This document shows positions 1-7,893 of a stretch of DNA of 47,341 nt, piece by piece; the first letter of the stretch is position 1; every line of letters begins with the position of its first letter. The notes below the pieces were generated by a model. That model saw only the letters and a list, made by a program, of their open reading frames with translations. It had not been told where the DNA came from and made no database searches. Origin of the DNA: Bacillota bacterium (GTDB lineage: Bacteria > Bacillota > Clostridia > Lachnospirales > WQUN01). The DNA is taken from contig WRKG01000296.1 of the NCBI GenBank assembly GCA_009778185.1, positions 1 through 47,341 of the forward strand. Reading direction: 5' to 3'. The position numbers and the translations under genes were made by a program.

Positions 1-139
1 TGTAAGCAGGAATGCCCAACCGCTCCACCGCTGGGGATTTGTAGTTTAGCTGTGATGCTCGCTCTTCTAATGTCATTTCGGCAACTAGTGCCTCGGCGCG
101 TTCTTGCGCCGATAAAGTTTTGTCTTCGTATTTTTTCAT
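1..139 (-). CDS. Glycoside hydrolase family 3 (beta-xylosidase/beta-glucosidase-like), first 46 codons only; gene runs off the window start
   Basis: Own minus-strand translation from ATG 139-137 gives MKKYEDKTLSAQERAEALVAEMTLEERASQLNYKSPAVERLGIPAY, a typical GH3 N-terminus (TLEE..QL, LGIP). GGAGGA RBS at 146-151. Confidence 0.55.
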   Translation of the reverse strand, partial: MKKYEDKTLSAQERAEALVAEMTLEERASQLNYKSPAVERLGIPAY

Positions 140-182
140 ATAATATCCTCCGTAAATATTAAAACATTAAAATTATGGGATT

Positions 183-210
183 GTAGGGGCGAACGTCCCC
201 GTTCGCCCGT
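183..210 (+). repeat. REP-like hairpin, GTAG type, variant stem (GTAGGGGCGAACG-TCCC-CGTTCGCCCGT)
   Basis: GTAG followed by a GC-rich palindrome. Same architecture as the GGGCGGATATTATCCGCCC copies elsewhere, with a different but self-complementary stem. Confidence 0.7.
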
Positions 211-345
211 TTCTTCAACGTTTGCAATTTCTTCAACGTTCGCAATTTTTCAACATTCACAATTATTGAACATTCCCAAAACTGCAAAAATCCCAAATTA
301 AAATTTATAGAATTTTCCAATTTGCAAAAAATCCCAAATTACAAT
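211..345 (+). repeat. Degenerate tandem tail of the REP element (about 17-19-nt units containing TTCAAC, ending in AAAAATCCCAAATT motifs)
   Basis: Units read as TTCTTCAACGTTTGCAA / TTTCTTCAACGTTCGCAA / TTTTTCAACATTCACAA / TTATTGAACATTCCCAAA, then two AAAAATCCCAAATT copies. Homologous tail follows the REP at 9429. Confidence 0.55.
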
Positions 346-1223
346 TACTCTTTAACAGCACCCAACGAAATCCCAGTAACAATATACTTAGAAAACGCCA
401 AATAAACAATGATTATCGGAATCAACGTAAACGCCATTCCAAAATAAATTGCGCCCAAATCTCGGCGGAAAACGTCGCCTTGCATACGGCTCATTAAAAT
501 TGGCAGCGTGTGCAATTCGGTATTTGCGCCCAACAGGAACAGCGGTCCCATGAATGCGTTCCACGAGCCTACGAACGAGAAAATTCCCATGGTGAACGCT
601 CCAGGAGCGGCTAACGGCAGTCCGATTGAGTTGAATATTCTAAACTCGGATGCGCCGTCAATGCGTGCCGCTTCGATTAACTCTAGCGAAACGCTGCTGT
701 CCAAATATTGCTTGAAGAAAAATACCGCGCCAGGTGCCGCTATTGCGGGAATTATCAACGGCGCGAACGTTCCCAACAATCCCAACGTGTTCATATATTG
801 AAAATAGCCGATTAGGTAAAGTTGCCCAGGAATCATCGTCATCGCAATGATAAAGGCGAACATTGCCCGCTTAAAGCGGAACTGGTACACAACAACCGCC
901 CAAGCCGTCAACATTGAAAAATATATCGTCAAAAATGTGCTAGAAAACGCCACGATTGCCGAGTTGCGTATGCCAAGCCAAACATCAACGCCGAGCGTTG
1001 TTAGCGTGCTCCAGTTTGTGAAAAACTCCGTGCCTGGCAACAGCGACGGGCCCGCATTTATCTGCACCGTGCTGCGCGTCGAATTTATCAACAGCATATA
1101 AACAGGCACTATACAAACCAACAGCAGAAAAATCAACAGCGCATAGCACAAACCCTTTGTAACTCGCTGTTTCATAACATATGAATTAGTTTTTTGTGCA
1201 TAATTCACATTTGCAGTTTTCAT
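345..1223 (-). CDS. Carbohydrate ABC transporter permease (MalG/CUT1-type)
   Basis: 292 aa, multi-TM. EAA loop EAARIDGASEFRIFNSIGLPLAAPG. GAGGAGG RBS upstream of ATG 1223. Confidence 0.85.
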   Translation of the reverse strand: MKTANVNYAQKTNSYVMKQRVTKGLCYALLIFLLLVCIVPVYMLLINSTRSTVQINAGPSLLPGTEFFTNWSTLTTLGVDVWLGIRNSAIVAFSSTFLTIYFSMLTAWAVVVYQFRFKRAMFAFIIAMTMIPGQLYLIGYFQYMNTLGLLGTFAPLIIPAIAAPGAVFFFKQYLDSSVSLELIEAARIDGASEFRIFNSIGLPLAAPGAFTMGIFSFVGSWNAFMGPLFLLGANTELHTLPILMSRMQGDVFRRDLGAIYFGMAFTLIPIIIVYLAFSKYIVTGISLGAVKE

Positions 1224-1239
1224 AATTTAACCTCCTCAA

Positions 1240-2175
1240 TTAGGATTCCCGTTTTTCGGCGGGATCGCGGAATAAGCGGAACACAACCAACGCAACAAAG
1301 CTAGACATAAAGAACAGCAAAACGGAAATTGCGGCGGAATTGCCCAACAACAGCGATGGCGCGCCACGGCGATTGTTCATCAACATATTTACCGTTAAAA
1401 CGGAGTTTCCTGGGTTGCCGAACGAGCCAGCCAAAAGGTGCGGAATATCAAACATATGAAGTCCGCCAACAAGGCTTGTTACAAGCACAAACAGCAAAAT
1501 CGGTTTAAGCAACGGGATAGTAATTTTGAAGAACATTTTTGCTTGGGATGCTCCGTCAATCATGGCGGATTCGTATAGCGAGGGCGAAATTGCGGTCATT
1601 CCAGCCACAAGCACGATTGCTGTTTGACCAAACCACATCCACGTTTGCAGAAAAATAACGGTAATCCGCACATCTGTTGCATTTTGCAGGAAGTTACGCG
1701 CGGTGTCCCAAATTCCCAAAGTGCCAACCATAACCTGGTTTACAGGCCCAAGAAGTCCCAAAAAAGATTGGAACAGCGCGGCAATCGTAACAGGCATTAG
1801 CAAATTGGGCAAATAATAAGCCGCCTTAAAAAAGCCAGTTCCCTTTAATTTGAACGTTGTGCTTGTGAACATTGCGGCAAGCACCAAAGCCAAAATCATT
1901 TGCGGAACAAAGTTAAACAGCCAAAGCATCCAAGTATTGCGAACCGCCAACTGGAACATCGGTTCGCCAAGCAGTTCGATAAAGTTGGCAATACCAACAA
2001 AATCGCCGCCCCATGTGCCTGGTCTAATTCGTGCGTCTGTCAAACTCAAATAAAATGTATTAAATATCGGTATCATTATAAACGCTAAAAAGATTATTAT
2101 AAACGGTGCCATAAAAATATAGCCATAATAATCCTTTGAAATAGCCGATTTTCTCTTATTCAAAAAAAACACCAC
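1240..2175 (-). CDS. Carbohydrate ABC transporter permease (MalF/UgpA-type)
   Basis: 311 aa. EAA loop SAMIDGASQAKMFFKITIPLLKP. Start ambiguous: GTG 2175 overlaps the AAAGGTGG RBS, so TTG 2166 is more likely. Confidence 0.85.
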   Translation of the reverse strand: MVFFLNKRKSAISKDYYGYIFMAPFIIIFLAFIMIPIFNTFYLSLTDARIRPGTWGGDFVGIANFIELLGEPMFQLAVRNTWMLWLFNFVPQMILALVLAAMFTSTTFKLKGTGFFKAAYYLPNLLMPVTIAALFQSFLGLLGPVNQVMVGTLGIWDTARNFLQNATDVRITVIFLQTWMWFGQTAIVLVAGMTAISPSLYESAMIDGASQAKMFFKITIPLLKPILLFVLVTSLVGGLHMFDIPHLLAGSFGNPGNSVLTVNMLMNNRRGAPSLLLGNSAAISVLLFFMSSFVALVVFRLFRDPAEKRES

Positions 2176-2184
2176 CTTTTACAA

Positions 2185-2248
2185 AATTCAAAACCGTGGG
2201 GAGCGCTGCCCCCCACACCCCCCGCAAGGAGCTTCGCCCCTTGACCCG
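2185..2248 (-). repeat. GC-rich two-hairpin repeat, family B, copy 1
   Basis: Reverse complement aligns with 18987-19042 (AATTCAAAACCGTGGG..CGCTGCCC..ACACCC..GCAAGGA...CCCTTGACCCG) apart from short indels. Stems GTGGGG/CCCCAC and CAAGG/CCTTG. Confidence 0.7.
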
Positions 2249-2276
2249 TTAAAAATTTTTGGGAGGTCTGTATAAT

Positions 2277-2327
2277 AAATTCCCTGGGCGTGTAGGTTTC
2301 GCAGAGGTAATTACACCCAGGGAATTT
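2277..2327 (-). other. Long stem-loop immediately 3' of the solute-binding-protein gene (intra-operon mRNA structure)
   Basis: AAATTCCCTGGG(C)GTGTA ... TACACCCAGGGAATTT gives about 16-17 bp with one bulge. No clean U-run follows on the minus strand. Confidence 0.55.
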
Positions 2328-2343
2328 CGTCAGTTTGTTTAAT

Positions 2344-3765
2344 TTAGTTTACAGAAATTTGTGGAATAGCCATACCAACATCGCCACGGAACGAGGCAAT
2401 CGCCTCATCTCGTGTCATAATGCCGCTTATGTACATATCCACGGCATCGATGAACGCATCGCCAATAGTTTGGTCAGTTCCTTGTTGCAAGCCAAAACTA
2501 ACATCCAAAGCGGCATCGCCGAAAATCTCATAAGGATTTTGTCCGCCGATAAACGCCGCCGCAGGAGATTGAGCAATAGTTGGTCCCAGTTCGCGAATTA
2601 ACAACGCGCTAGAAACCAAATCGCCAGCATCCTGGCTTAAGCCGTCTGGAATGTTGGGGTTAATGTTTGACAAGAAAGCGTTTGTATACACGCCAGTTGC
2701 CCAGTTACGCAAGTGATCTTCGTCCAAAGTAGCAAAGCGGACAAATTCGATAGCGTTTTCGGGGTTATTAGCAAGTTCGGTAACGCCAAGCCAAGTTCCG
2801 CCCCATTGGAAAGGCAACGGTCCAGGAATGATTCCCCAGTCGCCAGCGGTATCGGGAGCGTTTGTCATTAAAACGAAAGGCAAGCCCCAAGTTGGCAAGA
2901 AGAACGAGAATATTTCGAGAGGATTTCCAGCGGCATCAACAACATCGCCGCGCATACCGTCAAACCATGGGCTATCCCATTGTCCAATTTCGGCATCCAA
3001 GCCCTCTTGACGGAGGTTGAATGCGAAAGTCATGTATTCCTCCATAAGTGGATCGATAGTTAGCGTATCGTTGACAACCCAAGGGTTTGTTCTGTTTGGC
3101 AAGAACGCTCTAAAAACTTCGGTTGGGCTTGCGACAACTCTGGTCGAGCCGCCCGATTGAGCGTGCATAAGCCGAGCGTTTTCGACAAATCCGTCCAAAG
3201 TAGCGAACATAGGCTCGAGAGTAGCTGGATCGTCCGTGCCGAAATAGCGTTGTGCTAAACTACGTCTGTAGAACATAGCACCAGGAGTAGCTTGATAGGA
3301 TAAAGCGCGAACAACGCCGGCATCGTCCGTACCTGCTTGGATAGTGAACGGAATCGTTTCAACAGAAGCAGCCTCGCCCATGATAGCTGTGAGTGGTTGC
3401 AGCATATTAGGCTCTAGCACGAAACTTCTTACAAAGTCGGCCTCCATGAAAACGATGTCAGGCACATTTCCGCCAACCGCAAGAGATGTCCAAACCCATT
3501 CAAGGTACATTCCGTCTTCCATGGGCGTAATTTGGAAATCCAAATTTACGTTAGGGTTTGCGCCTTGGAAAGCGGTTGCAATAACTTGTGCCTCGGTGGT
3601 AAAGCTCCAAACGGTCAAATCGCCAGAGGCTTGCCCAGGAGCGACAGGTTGCACATAAGCATCGCCGCCACCGCCGCCGCCAGCTGTTCCACCGCCGCCG
3701 CCGTTACAGGCAGCAAGTGCAAACATTGCAACTGCTAACATCAATAAAATTGGTACTTTTTTCAT
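2344..3765 (-). CDS. Extracellular sugar-binding lipoprotein of ABC transporter (family 1 SBP)
   Basis: 473 aa. Lipoprotein signal ...ALAACNGGGGG with Gly-rich linker. First gene of a three-gene operon with two permeases. Confidence 0.8.
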   Translation of the reverse strand: MKKVPILLMLAVAMFALAACNGGGGGTAGGGGGGDAYVQPVAPGQASGDLTVWSFTTEAQVIATAFQGANPNVNLDFQITPMEDGMYLEWVWTSLAVGGNVPDIVFMEADFVRSFVLEPNMLQPLTAIMGEAASVETIPFTIQAGTDDAGVVRALSYQATPGAMFYRRSLAQRYFGTDDPATLEPMFATLDGFVENARLMHAQSGGSTRVVASPTEVFRAFLPNRTNPWVVNDTLTIDPLMEEYMTFAFNLRQEGLDAEIGQWDSPWFDGMRGDVVDAAGNPLEIFSFFLPTWGLPFVLMTNAPDTAGDWGIIPGPLPFQWGGTWLGVTELANNPENAIEFVRFATLDEDHLRNWATGVYTNAFLSNINPNIPDGLSQDAGDLVSSALLIRELGPTIAQSPAAAFIGGQNPYEIFGDAALDVSFGLQQGTDQTIGDAFIDAVDMYISGIMTRDEAIASFRGDVGMAIPQISVN

Positions 3766-3811
3766 AAAAAGTCCCCCTTTTCAAAAAAATTGATTAAATG
3801 CGTGAATTTCT

Positions 3812-3851
3812 ATCACGTGTTTATAGTAACATATTAACAAAAAAATTGCAA
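3812..3851 (-). promoter_or_regulatory. Promoter TTGCAA-17-TACTAT of ABC operon 1 with abutting operator-like ATCACGTGTTTA
   Basis: -35 at 3846-3851 and -10 at 3823-3828 (minus strand). 12-mer ATCACGTGTTTA at 3812-3823, identical to 15038-15049. Confidence 0.45.
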
Positions 3852-3948
3852 ACTTTTTTTATAAATTTGTGGGAATTGGCATAAAAAAAATTTTTTTGGG
3901 GGTTTTTGGGGAAAAATGCCGTGAATATTTTTGCTTTATGGTCGAATA

Positions 3949-4476
3949 TTATTCGCTCCATCCGCTCCATAGATGTCCTGTTGTTAAATGCACCCAAAGT
4001 TGCACCATGTCAACCAATTCTGTAAACAATTCTTCATCAATGGTAAACCACATTGTAGGCTCGTCTTCGATTTCAACTGATACAAAGCCTTCTCTGCCTG
4101 GTGGCGCGAAAATCATTGTAACTGGGATTTCGCTTTCTGTGCGTATCACAACCCAAAAACCGCCAAATACAGTATCTCTAGTTTCCCAAGGCGAAGTGTA
4201 CAATCCGCCCTCGTATACTTCGAGAGTATTCAGCAAATTGTAAATTATTTCTAATTCCGCTGCGGTAAATTCTGTTTTTGACGGAAATCCATTTGCTTCA
4301 TTCCAAAACTCAGTAAGGGAAAAATTATCGTGCATTGTTATTGGTAAATATTCGGAAAATCTGCCGCTTGGCAAATGGGATAAATCGGGCGGTTGGTTAT
4401 CTAATTGTTGTGCAAAAACAGCTATAGCTATATATATAATTATTGCAGTAAGGATATATTTGGTTTTTTTGGTCAT
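3949..4476 (-). CDS. Hypothetical membrane-anchored protein
   Basis: 175 aa. N-terminal TM YILTAIIIYIAIAVFA. No recognisable family. Confidence 0.55.
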   Translation of the reverse strand: MTKKTKYILTAIIIYIAIAVFAQQLDNQPPDLSHLPSGRFSEYLPITMHDNFSLTEFWNEANGFPSKTEFTAAELEIIYNLLNTLEVYEGGLYTSPWETRDTVFGGFWVVIRTESEIPVTMIFAPPGREGFVSVEIEDEPTMWFTIDEELFTELVDMVQLWVHLTTGHLWSGWSE

Positions 4477-4564
4477 GTTATTCTCCGTTTCTGTGTAAAT
4501 TTGTTTGGATTATGTTATCCTAGTTTATTGTAAATTTTACCGTGTTTTTTGTGAATATGCAAGT

Positions 4565-4610
4565 TTTTCCACAAAACAACAGTCGCAAATATTTTGTATT
4601 TGCGGCTGTT
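4565..4610 (+). repeat. 46-nt direct repeat containing a terminator-like hairpin, copy A
   Basis: TTTTCCACAAAACAACAGTCGCAAATATTTTGTATTTGCGGCTGTT. 43/46 identical to 6206-6251. Confidence 0.75.
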
Positions 4611-4743
4611 GTTGATTTTATAACAATTTTATTTTTTATTTACCTTATATGGACATTATCCGTCCCTATTTCAAATATTCTCATTTTTTACCTCCATTTT
4701 CGCCCAAAAACCAAAACAAAAATAAATTTTTTTATTCTTGCTA

Positions 4744-4772
4744 TTGACAAATCATTTTTTCTAGTATATACT
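4744..4772 (+). promoter_or_regulatory. Sigma-70-type promoter TTGACA-17-TATACT
   Basis: -35 at 4744-4749 and -10 at 4767-4772. Predicted TSS about 4779, followed by an about 175-nt leader to ATG 4954. Confidence 0.45.
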
Positions 4773-4778
4773 GTATTT

Positions 4779-4795
4779 ATTCTAGTTTGGGCTAG
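4779..4795 (+). repeat. 17-bp inverted repeat, left arm (ATTCTAGTTTGGGCTAG)
   Basis: Perfect reverse complement of 5589-5605. Confidence 0.8.
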
Positions 4796-4953
4796 GGTAT
4801 GCAATCATATTTACTTCTTACACTATATCACATTCGCATTTTACACTTGGCTATTTTAGCAAGGTATTGGAGAACATAGTCGATATTGGCTTTGTTCATG
4901 TTATGGGCTGATTTTACAGCCTTTGGTTAGTTCTTGTGAAGGAGGACTTTTGA

Positions 4954-5568
4954 ATGCAAAAATTGATATTAAGTTTAGTAATGGCGATTATACTTTCGCT
5001 TAGCACCGTTTCTGCTACTTTTGCAGCAGATTACAGCGTTAATGATTCAGATGAGATTGTTGGTGTACTTGTAGAACCTTATGAGATATTGCAACAATTT
5101 GCACCACGTACTTCCAATGGGCGTAATATTTCGCTCGAAAATTTAGATACACTAAATCAAATGGCATTAGATGCCGTTTTGAGAGACGAACTTCTATACA
5201 CAGCTGTTTTTTATGTTGACCATGAAGGCAATTTTCTTGGACAAGGCGATATTTTTTCTAGACAAGTGTTTTTTGCTAATGTTCTAAGAATAACTATGGT
5301 TGGCAGTCAATCAATTAATAATGCTATTTGGTTAGTTGAAAATATTGGCTCTTCAAGCATTATAGTAAATGCCTCAGCGGCTATATTCCCTTCCTCCCCT
5401 ATGAGTTCTACTAGTGCAAGCAGACAATTAGCATCGTTTGGTCGTTTTGAGATGACAACTATCACAGCTTCGAGTACCTGGACTCACTCTACATTTTCAG
5501 CTGGTATAAATGCTGTTGGTACTTCCGTTGGCACAATTAATGTTGGACCTTTCACTGTCCGCAGATAG
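4954..5568 (+). CDS. Hypothetical secreted protein
   Basis: 204 aa. Signal peptide ...LSTVSATFA/ADYS. GAAGGAGG RBS. Confidence 0.6.
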   Translation: MQKLILSLVMAIILSLSTVSATFAADYSVNDSDEIVGVLVEPYEILQQFAPRTSNGRNISLENLDTLNQMALDAVLRDELLYTAVFYVDHEGNFLGQGDIFSRQVFFANVLRITMVGSQSINNAIWLVENIGSSSIIVNASAAIFPSSPMSSTSASRQLASFGRFEMTTITASSTWTHSTFSAGINAVGTSVGTINVGPFTVRR

Positions 5569-5588
5569 TTAATAATCACTAATTAAAA

Positions 5589-5605
5589 CTAGCCCAAACT
5601 AGAAT
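5589..5605 (-). repeat. 17-bp inverted repeat, right arm (CTAGCCCAAACTAGAAT)
   Basis: Perfect reverse complement of 4779-4795. Confidence 0.8.
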
Positions 5606-5635
5606 TTAATTTTATGTGAATACTAGGAGGACTCT

Positions 5636-6130
5636 ATGAAAATATATAAACTAAAAAAATTGAAGTTATTGCTATGTGCTTTAACAATTCCATTTATATC
5701 AGCCTGTGCAGTGCAAGCCGCCGAAGAAACAGTCGTTACACAATCAGAAGAAGTAATAGTAATAGAAGAAACAGCCGTTGCACAATCAGAAGAAGTAATA
5801 GCAATAGAAGAAACAGCCGTTGCACAATCAGAAGAAATAATAGTAATATATGATGCTGAAACACCTAGGCTTCGTACACGTGCTGAAGTTGAACGGGCTT
5901 CACGAACTGAACCGCAACGCCCTGCAACGGAAGACGAAATAGCTTGGATTGTAGAAGGCATGGAGGAAACTTTATTAGAACTGCTCGCAAACGGCGACTA
6001 CGACAGAGCCGAACTACAACAACAAATGATAGATGATATTCTTTCGGGCGTGGTACCCATAACTTTCTTTGAATCATTTGACCGTAACGAGGAGATTGAT
6101 TTTGGTAATATGATTCCGCCATTTTGGTAA
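5636..6130 (+). CDS. Hypothetical lipoprotein with three 14-aa acidic repeats
   Basis: 164 aa. Lipobox FISAC. EETAVAQSEEVIAI x3. AGGAGG RBS. Confidence 0.6.
   Translation: MKIYKLKKLKLLLCALTIPFISACAVQAAEETVVTQSEEVIVIEETAVAQSEEVIAIEETAVAQSEEIIVIYDAETPRLRTRAEVERASRTEPQRPATEDEIAWIVEGMEETLLELLANGDYDRAELQQQMIDDILSGVVPITFFESFDRNEEIDFGNMIPPFW
5723..5848 (+). repeat. 3 x 42-bp in-frame tandem repeat
   Basis: Units at 5723-5764, 5765-5806 and 5807-5848, each starting GAAGAAACAG. Confidence 0.85.
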
Positions 6131-6205
6131 TATGATTCCGCCAAATGCAAACTAACATAAACAAGATTATTGTAAATTTTACTGCATTTTCTGCAAATAC
6201 GCAAA

Positions 6206-6251
6206 TTTTCCACAAAACAACAGCCGCAAATATTTTACATTTGCGGCTGTT
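6206..6251 (+). repeat. 46-nt direct repeat, copy B (overlaps terminator)
   Basis: TTTTCCACAAAACAACAGCCGCAAATATTTTACATTTGCGGCTGTT. Confidence 0.75.
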
Positions 6252-6254
6252 TTT
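6219..6254. terminator. Bidirectional intrinsic terminator between convergent genes
   Basis: Stem AACAGCCGCAAAT / ATTTGCGGCTGTT with 7-nt loop. T-run at 6250-6254 and an A-rich 5' flank. Confidence 0.65.
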
Positions 6255-6294
6255 CATTCATTTACATTTTGGTAAACGTTCCCAAATCCCAAAC

Positions 6295-6639
6295 TCAACC
6301 AAAAAAAATATTAGCAGAATCAACAAACTCCGCAACAAAAACAACCAAGCTAATCGCCCAAACAACAACCGCCGCAATCAACGGCTTTTTGGCTGTTTTT
6401 GGTGGCGGCAATATTTTATTTTTGCGACCAACCACCAAATAAACAATCAAACCCAACCAACTAAACAAAAACACTACAAAACTCCACAAAATCGGCGGTT
6501 GCTGTGATTTCACTTTTGCATCTTTGTAAACCCAAATTGCTAGCAAAATTGCAACCGCTAGCGAAATCAGCAAAAACGCTACCATTGCCGCAAACCAGTT
6601 GCCGCCGCCCATGAAAATTGTAACTTCTGGAATATTCAT
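6295..6639 (-). CDS. Small membrane protein with PLD-nuclease N-terminal-like (PLDc_N) motif
   Basis: 114 aa, 3 TM. ILWSFVVFLFSWLGLIVYLVVGRK resembles the PLDc_N signature. Confidence 0.5.
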   Translation of the reverse strand: MNIPEVTIFMGGGNWFAAMVAFLLISLAVAILLAIWVYKDAKVKSQQPPILWSFVVFLFSWLGLIVYLVVGRKNKILPPPKTAKKPLIAAVVVWAISLVVFVAEFVDSANIFFG

Positions 6640-6648
6640 AGCATTCGG

Positions 6649-7830
6649 CTAATTTATAGCAAACGCTGTTTCGTTGCCCTCGCAAACCGCCAAATAATCC
6701 CCTTTTGTGCCAACAACAGAGACGTTTCCGTTGCCGTCGGCGGTTATTGTTTGCGGTGCTGTCCACCAATCGCCCTTGATTAGCTTGTGCAATGCTGTGT
6801 ACACTGGCTTTATGTTGCTTTCTTTGTCAACCAAACCTGCTGGCGCGTTCAGCCATAAGCCGTCATTGAAATTCCACCATGTAATCGATTCCAATAGCGG
6901 ATGCTCGTATAATTTTGTGTAAAATGCGGCGGCTTGCTCGGCTTGTCTTGTCAAGCCCTCTTCGGTGGACGGCCATTCTTTAGGGGCAAAATCGTTTAAG
7001 TCGCCAATGTGAGCTGGCATTAAATCCCCCGAAATCAAGGTTATCTCGGTGAAGTGAATCGGCAAATTGAACCGTGAAAAACGGTGCAAAACTTCTTCCA
7101 ATTTCTCCATTTCCCAAACGCCTTGGTGCATATGCGATTGAATGCCGATTGTTTTGATTGGCACGCCAGATTCTAGCAAGCCTTCGATGAGAATATCGTA
7201 CGCCTCGGATGTGTCAAAATCGTTTATCAAAAATGTTGCGTTGGGATTTGTTTCCCAAGCGACTTTGAACAGCTTGCGAACGAGATCGATTCGCCCGTAT
7301 TGCTGGCATATTCTCGTGATTGCGTTGTCGTAACGGTCAAAAATGGGCATTATTACGGTTTCGTTGATAACATCCCAAATGTCGATTATTCCTGCGAACG
7401 CCGAAATTTCTCGTTTTAGGCGATTTAGCTGAATTTCCAGGATTTTCTCGTTGGGATATTGCATTAGCCAATCGGCGCAAACCGTGTGCCAGCACAGCGG
7501 ATGCCCTTTTAGCGTTATGCCCCGCTCTTTTAGCCATTTTGCACCCTTTAGAGTGTCCTCAAAATGCGGCTTGCCTTCTTCTTGCTCGTAACGTCCCCAA
7601 TAAAAGGGCAATGTTACGGCGTTGAAAATTTCCACAAGATGGTCAAAGCGGCGTTTTGCGATTTCGGCTTGCTGTGGCGGCATATTTCCGCTTAAATAAT
7701 GCGGCACGGTAAACTCGGATGTGCCGAATAAAAATTTGTGCCGTGTTTGCTTGATTTCTACAGGCTTGTTGGCGAAATTTGCGCCAAGCGATATTGTCGC
7801 TGTGCCTTTGCGATGCTGTAAATCTTTCAT
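6649..7830 (-). CDS. Glycoside hydrolase family 10 (endo-1,4-beta-xylanase-like), no signal peptide
   Basis: 393 aa. WDVINE (acid/base Glu) and IHFTEITL (nucleophile Glu) match GH10 WDVVNE / ITELD. Confidence 0.8.
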   Translation of the reverse strand: MKDLQHRKGTATISLGANFANKPVEIKQTRHKFLFGTSEFTVPHYLSGNMPPQQAEIAKRRFDHLVEIFNAVTLPFYWGRYEQEEGKPHFEDTLKGAKWLKERGITLKGHPLCWHTVCADWLMQYPNEKILEIQLNRLKREISAFAGIIDIWDVINETVIMPIFDRYDNAITRICQQYGRIDLVRKLFKVAWETNPNATFLINDFDTSEAYDILIEGLLESGVPIKTIGIQSHMHQGVWEMEKLEEVLHRFSRFNLPIHFTEITLISGDLMPAHIGDLNDFAPKEWPSTEEGLTRQAEQAAAFYTKLYEHPLLESITWWNFNDGLWLNAPAGLVDKESNIKPVYTALHKLIKGDWWTAPQTITADGNGNVSVVGTKGDYLAVCEGNETAFAIN

Positions 7831-7893
7831 ATTATGTGAATCTCCAATCGTAAAACCGTTTGCCGTTGATAGGCTATCGGTTGGTTATAAATT

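Noticed and set aside
4542-4859. 105-aa plus-strand ORF in the 4477-4953 spacer.
   Set aside because: The region is AT-rich and the ORF has no RBS. It spans the 46-nt repeat hairpin, the TTGACA-17-TATACT promoter and the left inverted-repeat arm. Its composition is Phe/Ile/Leu/Tyr-rich, as expected from random AT-rich sequence.
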